A stretch of DNA of 32,000 nucleotides from Desulfovibrio sp. OH1186_COT-070. GTDB lineage: Bacteria > Desulfobacterota > Desulfovibrionia > Desulfovibrionales > Desulfovibrionaceae. A program made the translations under genes and the position numbers. Location: the NCBI RefSeq assembly GCF_003860215.1, contig NZ_RQYH01000025.1, positions 2,132 to 34,131 on the forward strand. The letters are read 5' to 3'. A model generated the notes under the pieces. The model ran no database searches and was not told the origin of the DNA. It saw nothing but the letters and a program-made list of their open reading frames with translations. Shown here piece by piece: positions 27,628-32,000 of this stretch. The stretch's first letter is position 1. Each line of letters starts with the position of its first letter.

Positions 27628-27942
27628 TCAATGGCTTCCGCAACTGCTGCAGCTGCTGCACCCGCCGCCGGTGTCGGCAAAGGGCACGTCAGGTCTTACC
27701 ACAAATCCCATATAGTTCAAATCCACTGTCACCCCCTGCACCTGTTCCAGCAACCCGGCATCCATGCAGAAGGTATAGCCAGCCTGTTCCTCGGTCTTGT
27801 CCTGTTCGTTCGGCTCATCCAGAGCCAGGGCCAGACGGGGACCGCCTCAACCGGCCGCCATATATACCCTGACGGGCTCCTTCTTTTTGCCGGCAAAAAA
27901 AGCATCAAGCTCCTTGCGGGCACTTTCTGTCAATGTTATCAT
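27628..27942 (-). CDS. HesB/IscA-like selenoprotein candidate with in-frame UGA (Sec) at codon 32; absent from the ORF track
   Basis: ATG 27942 is preceded by SD GGAGGA 8 nt upstream. An in-frame TGA lies at 27849-27847 and the stop TGA at 27630-27628. Manual translation gives MITLTESARKELDAFFAGKKKEPVRVYMAAG-U-GGPRLALALDEPNEQDKTEEQAGYTFCMDAGLLEQVQGVTVDLNYMGFVVRPDVPFADTGGGCSSCSSCGSH. It aligns without gaps to the neighbouring 104-aa paralog (78/104 identical by hand count), with U opposite Cys32. Confidence 0.8.
27802..27834 (-). promoter_or_regulatory. Candidate bacterial SECIS hairpin downstream of the UGA
   Basis: The core on the mRNA is GGCUC-UGGAU-GAGCC (27826-27812), starting 20 nt after the UGA. 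The 5-nt apical loop contains GG. A possible lower CUG/CAG helix (27834-27832 with 27804-27802) lies across an internal loop. The Cys paralog has GAA instead of GAG here, which breaks the central C-G pair. Confidence 0.4.
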
Positions 27943-27976
27943 GTCTTGTATCCTCCAAATAGACTGTGGTTGCTGT

Positions 27977-28005
27977 TAGATAGGTACAAGCCCCCGACTT
28001 GTCAA
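27977..28005 (-). promoter_or_regulatory. Weak sigma70-like promoter candidate for the Sec-HesB gene
   Basis: Minus-strand TTGACA (28005-28000), a 17-nt spacer, then TATCTA (27982-27977). The -10 element matches the consensus at only 3 of 6 positions. Confidence 0.25.
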
Positions 28006-28103
28006 TCCGGGCTTTTCTTTGGCCGCAAAAAACATAAAAAACACACATTATTATAGATGCACCTCCGCAAAACAGTCGGAGGCAAAGCCGATCTGGAGAT
28101 ACA

Positions 28104-28667
28104 ATGTCTGTGGCAACCCGCCTTCTGAACGCCGGAGAAATGGCACAACTTCTTGAAAATCTGGCGTCCCGGATTCTTGAAAAGCATACCCGCTGCGAAA
28201 ATGTGATGCTTGTAGGCATCCAGCGCCGGGGAGCGGATCTGGCGCACCGCCTGGCCGGCCTGCTGAAAAAACGTCTCGGCCGCCCCGTTCCTCTGGGAAC
28301 TCTGGACATCAACCTCTACCGCGACGACTGGACAAGCCTGGCCGGAAAAACGCCGCATGTGGGGCAATCGCGCATTGACGAAGGAGTGGACAACCGCACC
28401 GTCATTCTTGTGGATGACGTCTTGTATACGGGGCGCACTGTCCGCGCGGCTCTGGAAGCCCTGCTGGATTACGGCCGCCCCAGTTCTGTGGAACTTCTGG
28501 CCCTTGTTGACCGGGGACACCGCGAGCTTCCCATCCATGCGGATTATGTGGGGCTTGCTGTGTGCACCGACCGTCAGGAACAGGTCAACGTGCTCCTGAC
28601 AGAACGTGACGGCGAAGACGTTGTGCGCCTTGAGCGCCCCGGCAGCGCTGGCGCGACCCCAAGGTAA
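28104..28667 (+). CDS. pyrR: Bifunctional pyrimidine regulatory protein / uracil phosphoribosyltransferase PyrR
   Basis: Start is ATG 28104 with SD GGAG. The product carries the PRPP-binding motif VILVDDVLYTGRTVRAA. It also contains LDINLYRDD and LVDRGHRELPI, colinear with B. subtilis PyrR as I recall it. Confidence 0.9.
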   Translation: MSVATRLLNAGEMAQLLENLASRILEKHTRCENVMLVGIQRRGADLAHRLAGLLKKRLGRPVPLGTLDINLYRDDWTSLAGKTPHVGQSRIDEGVDNRTVILVDDVLYTGRTVRAALEALLDYGRPSSVELLALVDRGHRELPIHADYVGLAVCTDRQEQVNVLLTERDGEDVVRLERPGSAGATPR

Positions 28668-28728
28668 CAGAAAAAAACTGCCTGCCCGGAAAGGGGGTTT
28701 TCATGTCTGCACGCAGAACCTGAATCGG

Positions 28729-28760
28729 CATATCCGCTCCACGGTTGTGGAGCGCATATG
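28729..28760. repeat. Inverted repeat with 14-bp arms, one mismatch and a 4-nt spacer, in the yedE leader
   Basis: CATATCCGCTCCAC-GGTT-GTGGAGCGCATATG. It lies 62 nt after the pyrR stop and 124 nt before the yedE ATG. No U-tract follows. Confidence 0.55.
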
Positions 28761-28883
28761 GACGGGGGGAGCGGCTCGGACAGGGATGCCCCGCTTGCCC
28801 GCACTGACCCGCTGGATTCCTCCGTCCGCAGTTCCGGCCCCGGCCGGACAATACGGGCACTGCCCGCCACGAAGGAGGAGTTC

Positions 28884-29978
28884 ATGAAAACAGGCTTCAA
28901 CTTTTTTTCCACTGCCACAGGCATTGCGGCCACAGGGCTCATCTTCGGGGTTCTGGCCATTTTGCTGCAAAAGGCCGGAAATCCCGGCAACATGGGCGTC
29001 TGCGTGGCCTGCTTCAGCCGGGATCTGGCCGGGGCCGTGGGGCTGCACCGGGCAGCCGTTGTGCAGTACCTGCGCCCGGAGATCATGGGCATGGTGCTGG
29101 GCGCGTTCGGCGCAGCGCTGGCCTTTGGCGAATACCGGCCGCGCGGCGGCTCCGCACCGGCAACACGCTTTCTTCTGGGGGCCATTGCGGGCATCGGCGC
29201 ACTGGTTTTTCTGGGCTGCCCCTGGCGGGCTCTGCTGCGTCTGGCCGGGGGAGACGCCCATGCAATCTTTGGCCTGCTGGGGCTCATTGCCGGGGTCGGC
29301 GTGGGCACAATTTTCTTTCGCATGGGCTTTTCTCTGGGGCGCAGCCAGACCCAAGGCAAAATTTCCGGCCTTGTTCTGCCCGCCCTCATGCTGGGCCTTG
29401 TGGCCCTTGCTCTGGCCAACCCGCCGATTCCCGATCAGGCGCAGAGCGGCGTGCTCTTTTATTCCCTCAAAGGCCCCGGCGCACAGCACGCGCCCTTTTT
29501 CCTCTCGCTGGGCGCAGGGCTGGCTGTAGGCTTTTTTGCCCAGCGCAGCCGCTTCTGTACCATGGGAGCTGTGCGTGACGTGCTGCTTTTCAACCAGTGG
29601 CATCTGGCCCTGGGATTTTTGGCCATGCTGGCGGCGGCACTGTTCATGAACCTCGCGTTCGGCACGTTCCACTGGGGTTTTGAGAACCAGCCCGTAGCCC
29701 AGCCGGACAATGTCTGGAACTTTCTGGGCATGGTCACCTCGGGGCTGGCCTTTGCCCTGGCGGGCGGTTGCCCCGGCCGCCAGCTTTTCATGGCCGGTGA
29801 AGGAGACAACGATGCCGCAGTCTTTGCGCTGGGGCTTGTCACGGGCGCAGCCATGGCCCACAACTTCGGCATGGCCTCCAGCCCGGTGGGCATTGGCCCT
29901 CACGGCATTGCCGCCACCCTGGGCGGTTTGGGCATCTGCCTGATGATCGGCTTTTTCAACTGCAAGCGAGGCGCCTGA
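28884..29978 (+). CDS. yedE: YedE-family membrane protein (putative selenium/sulfur-compound transporter)
   Basis: Start is ATG 28884 with a strong SD (GAAGGAGG). The product is polytopic and has the two pseudo-repeat conserved-Cys motifs of this family, GNPGNMGVCVACFSRD and SRFCTMGAVRD, plus LAGGCPGRQ. Confidence 0.85.
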   Translation: MKTGFNFFSTATGIAATGLIFGVLAILLQKAGNPGNMGVCVACFSRDLAGAVGLHRAAVVQYLRPEIMGMVLGAFGAALAFGEYRPRGGSAPATRFLLGAIAGIGALVFLGCPWRALLRLAGGDAHAIFGLLGLIAGVGVGTIFFRMGFSLGRSQTQGKISGLVLPALMLGLVALALANPPIPDQAQSGVLFYSLKGPGAQHAPFFLSLGAGLAVGFFAQRSRFCTMGAVRDVLLFNQWHLALGFLAMLAAALFMNLAFGTFHWGFENQPVAQPDNVWNFLGMVTSGLAFALAGGCPGRQLFMAGEGDNDAAVFALGLVTGAAMAHNFGMASSPVGIGPHGIAATLGGLGICLMIGFFNCKRGA

Positions 29979-30208
29979 TGTCTGTTCTCATTGATACGCG
30001 AGGGCTTTCCTGCCCCCAACCCGTACTTTTGTTTCTGAACGCAGCCAAGGCCGATCCCGACAAAACCTTTACCGTGCTGGTGGACAATGACGCCAGCCGT
30101 GAAAACGTCAGCCGCGCGGCCCGCAACCACGGGTTTGGCGTGACCCTCCAACAGGAAGACGAAGGCGTGATACGCCTGGAACTGACAAAAAACGGCCAGG
30201 CGTCCTGA
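29978..30208 (+). CDS. yedF: TusA/SirA-like sulfurtransferase-fold protein (YedF-like)
   Basis: The ATG overlaps the yedE stop (TGATG). The 76-aa product contains the DTRGLSCPQP CPxP active-site motif. Confidence 0.8.
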   Translation: MSVLIDTRGLSCPQPVLLFLNAAKADPDKTFTVLVDNDASRENVSRAARNHGFGVTLQQEDEGVIRLELTKNGQAS

Positions 30209-30279
30209 CTTTGGCGACGCCCAAGGCTATTGACGGGGCATCCCGGCGGTTCGCCTGCCGGGATGCCCAAGGACACCGT

Positions 30280-30894
30280 ATGCCCACAACCAGCCGACAC
30301 ACAGGCGCGGACGGCTTTTTTGCAAAACTGCGTGCGGGCGTTGCGGCCCTTGCCCACCGGATACGGTCTCCTGACGGACGCAAGGCCCTCAATGATCGGG
30401 GCCTGCTGGTCTTCAGCCATACGGGCGAGGTGATCAGAGCGGAACGGCTGTTGCGGGCAACGGGCTTTGACGTGGAGGTCAAAGGGCCGCCGCCGCAGTT
30501 GCGGACAGGCTGTGACATGGTCGTGGTTTTTGCCCTGATGCGGCAGGCAGCCGTTCTGGAAACGCTGCAACGCATCGGCCTGGTGCCGCAACAGGTCGTC
30601 AGCGCCCAGGACGTGCTGCTGGAACCGGTGTCCCTTTTTCAGGTCAAGCATTTTGGCGGACGCTGGATCATGGTTCGCGCGGCCAACATGAAGATCACCC
30701 TGGACAAAACGGACAACCGCATTGTGAACATTTCCGGCGGGGGCTGCCCCGATGTGCCGTGGCTGGCCCACAAATTGTGCGGCCTTCGCCTTGACCAGGC
30801 CCCGGAGCCCCTCTCGCTGGGCAGCACCCTCTGCTGCTACAGCCTGCAAAAAGCCTTTGAGGAATTGCGGAGGCAGAGCGCATGTGGTGCATAG
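30280..30894 (+). CDS. DUF3343 (putative Se/S carrier-like) domain protein with Cys-rich C-terminal extension
   Basis: Start is ATG 30280 with SD AAGGA; TTG 30211 is an alternative start. The DUF3343-like core is LLVFSHTGEVIRAERLLRATGFDVEVKGPPPQLRTGCDMVVVF. The C-terminal half carries GGGCPDVPW, TLCCYS and a terminal SACGA. Confidence 0.7.
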   Translation: MPTTSRHTGADGFFAKLRAGVAALAHRIRSPDGRKALNDRGLLVFSHTGEVIRAERLLRATGFDVEVKGPPPQLRTGCDMVVVFALMRQAAVLETLQRIGLVPQQVVSAQDVLLEPVSLFQVKHFGGRWIMVRAANMKITLDKTDNRIVNISGGGCPDVPWLAHKLCGLRLDQAPEPLSLGSTLCCYSLQKAFEELRRQSACGA

Positions 30895-31769
30895 TGGGCA
30901 CCCTGCCCCAGGAAGATATGCCTCTCTGCCCGCAGGGAGTTCGCGCGCAAAGCAGCCTGCAAAACGGCATGCTGTGCCTGCCCGACGGGCACAAAGTTCC
31001 CGTGGAGCGGGGCACAGCGGCACTGGCGGCCACTGCCCTGACGGTTTGCAGCGCACTGGGGCTGGAGCCGCCCCGCCTGCTTCTGGTGGGCGATCCGGGA
31101 AACGGCGCGGGCAGCCGCGCCATCTACGCATGGCTGGAAGAACACCTGGCGGAGATGGCTCCCGCCGGGCTTGTCTTCCATTATCTTTTTCCGGATACGG
31201 ACGGGCACAACCGCGTTCTGCTGACCGCCCGCGCCCTGCCCCGCCCGCCGCTCATGGTGGCTGATGCCGGGTTCATGTATGCCGCCAAGATGAGTGGGTA
31301 TGCCGATGCCTATGACCTGTTCACCCCTGACATGGGGGAACTGGCTTTTCTGGCCGACGAGCAGGCGCCCCATCCTTTCTATACACGGGGCTTTCTGCTG
31401 GCGGAAGAGGATGACGCCCCTGCCCTGCTGGCCCGCGCGCAAGCCCACGGCAACTGCCCCGCCAACCTTCTGATCAAGGGGGCCCGCGACCTCATTGTGT
31501 GCGGAGGAAGGGTGGCGCACACCGTATCCCGACCGTGTGTGCCGGCCATGGAATGCATCGGGGGAACAGGGGACATGGTGACCGGGCTGGTCACGGCCTT
31601 TCTTGTGAAGGGCTTTTCTGTGGAGCAAGCCTGCCTGACGGCGGCGCGTCTTGCCCGGCTGCTGGCAAAGGCCCATGATCCTGATCCGGGAACCACCGTG
31701 GGGCAACTGCTGGAAAGCCTGCCGCAGGTTCTGCGCGACTGCGGAAAAGACCTCGCCTGTCTGGGATAA
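30882..31769 (+). CDS. Ribokinase-fold protein resembling the YjeF C-terminal (Carb_kinase / NAD(P)HX dehydratase-like) domain
   Basis: ATG 30882 is preceded by SD GGAGG and overlaps the preceding gene by 13 nt. The motifs VADAGFMY, LFTPDMGELAFL, LLIKGARDLIV and GGTGDMVTGLVTAFL occur in the order typical of the Carb_kinase family. Confidence 0.65.
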   Translation: MWCIVGTLPQEDMPLCPQGVRAQSSLQNGMLCLPDGHKVPVERGTAALAATALTVCSALGLEPPRLLLVGDPGNGAGSRAIYAWLEEHLAEMAPAGLVFHYLFPDTDGHNRVLLTARALPRPPLMVADAGFMYAAKMSGYADAYDLFTPDMGELAFLADEQAPHPFYTRGFLLAEEDDAPALLARAQAHGNCPANLLIKGARDLIVCGGRVAHTVSRPCVPAMECIGGTGDMVTGLVTAFLVKGFSVEQACLTAARLARLLAKAHDPDPGTTVGQLLESLPQVLRDCGKDLACLG

Positions 31770-32000
31770 GCACCCGCTGATTGCAGACTGGCCTTTGTGG
31801 TGTACCTGACTGCATGGATCCCAAAAATGCTATGCCATCAAGGATATCTCTGATGTGCTAAAAATTTTTTGAAAATAGTAACGGCGCTGAATCAAAAATA
31901 TGGTTCTAGATAGTGTCGTCACGAGATTGAGGCCCATAAAAAGATACATCTGATCTGAATAGCGGCCAAGAATGAGGCTGCATTTTTCGCGTATCGGGTC

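Noticed and set aside
27628-27942. Interpretation of the TGA-interrupted HesB-like gene as a decaying pseudogene copy
   Set aside because: It carries only a single stop, and that stop lies precisely at the conserved Cys column. There are no frameshifts. It has the same length as the paralog, an intact strong SD and start, and undiminished amino-acid conservation downstream of the TGA. This is not the pattern of neutral decay, but it remains the formal alternative if the genome lacks Sec machinery.
28062-28082. Hairpin CCTCCG-N9-CGGAGG in the pyrR leader as a PyrR attenuator
   Set aside because: It has only a 6-bp stem and no U-tract. I could not find the PyrR-binding loop consensus (ARUCCAGAGAGGYU-like). 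It is more likely incidental.
28758-28883. Upstream ATG at 28758 extending YedE by 42 aa
   Set aside because: The extension (MDGGSGSDRDAPLARTDPLDSSVRSSGPGRT...) is hydrophilic and low-complexity and has no SD. Its ATG sits inside the right arm of the inverted repeat. ATG 28884 has GAAGGAGG upstream, and the family-typical N-terminus starts there.
30206-30282. Possible UGA read-through fusing yedF to the DUF3343 gene, as in the long YedF of Firmicutes
   Set aside because: The two ORFs are in different frames (29978 in frame 2, 30211/30280 in frame 1). Simple Sec or stop read-through cannot join them, and I saw no slippery sequence to support frameshifting.
1-32000. CRISPR arrays, IS elements, integrases, toxin-antitoxin or defence-system genes
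   Set aside because: I saw no regularly spaced direct repeats, terminal inverted repeats with transposase ORFs, or recognisable defence or mobile-element proteins on either strand.

Overview
GC-rich bacterial chromosomal segment. Gene content and style look Desulfovibrionaceae-like, but that is inference only. I found no rRNA, CRISPR array, transposase or phage genes.

Layout:
- 1-17.2 kb: metabolic and transport genes. These are a Crp/Fnr regulator, an anion permease, a cytoplasmic arylsulfotransferase-like propeller, a glutaredoxin fusion, malic enzyme, an alanine symporter, exported MsrAB, YqaA, a DSD1-type D-amino-acid enzyme, a ferredoxin, meso-DAP dehydrogenase, DUF2325, and a LacI / MFS / GpdQ-like phosphodiesterase module.
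- 17.3-27.2 kb, minus strand: a housekeeping run of mfd, surA-like, rodZ-like, recO, glyQ, glyS, rpsT and tRNA-Arg(ACG).
- 27.2-31.8 kb: the most interesting part.

Selenium neighbourhood (27.2-31.8 kb):
- Two tandem 315-nt HesB/IscA-like genes lie on the minus strand.
- The upstream copy (27628-27942) carries one in-frame TGA exactly opposite Cys32 of the downstream copy. It is absent from the ORF track and I read it as a selenocysteine gene, with a possible SECIS hairpin downstream of the TGA.
- Across a divergent region and pyrR lies a tightly coupled four-gene cluster. It encodes a YedE-type putative Se transporter, a YedF/TusA-like protein, a DUF3343 protein with a Cys-rich C-terminal domain, and a YjeF_C/ribokinase-fold protein.
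- A 14-bp-arm inverted repeat precedes this cluster.
- Together these look like a compact selenium uptake, trafficking and utilisation neighbourhood whose last two genes are uncharacterised.

Technical notes: many long ORFs antisense to real genes are GC-driven artefacts. The ORF track prints GTG and TTG starts as M, which I checked in the sequence at 19943, 9852, 17774, 27579 and 30211.
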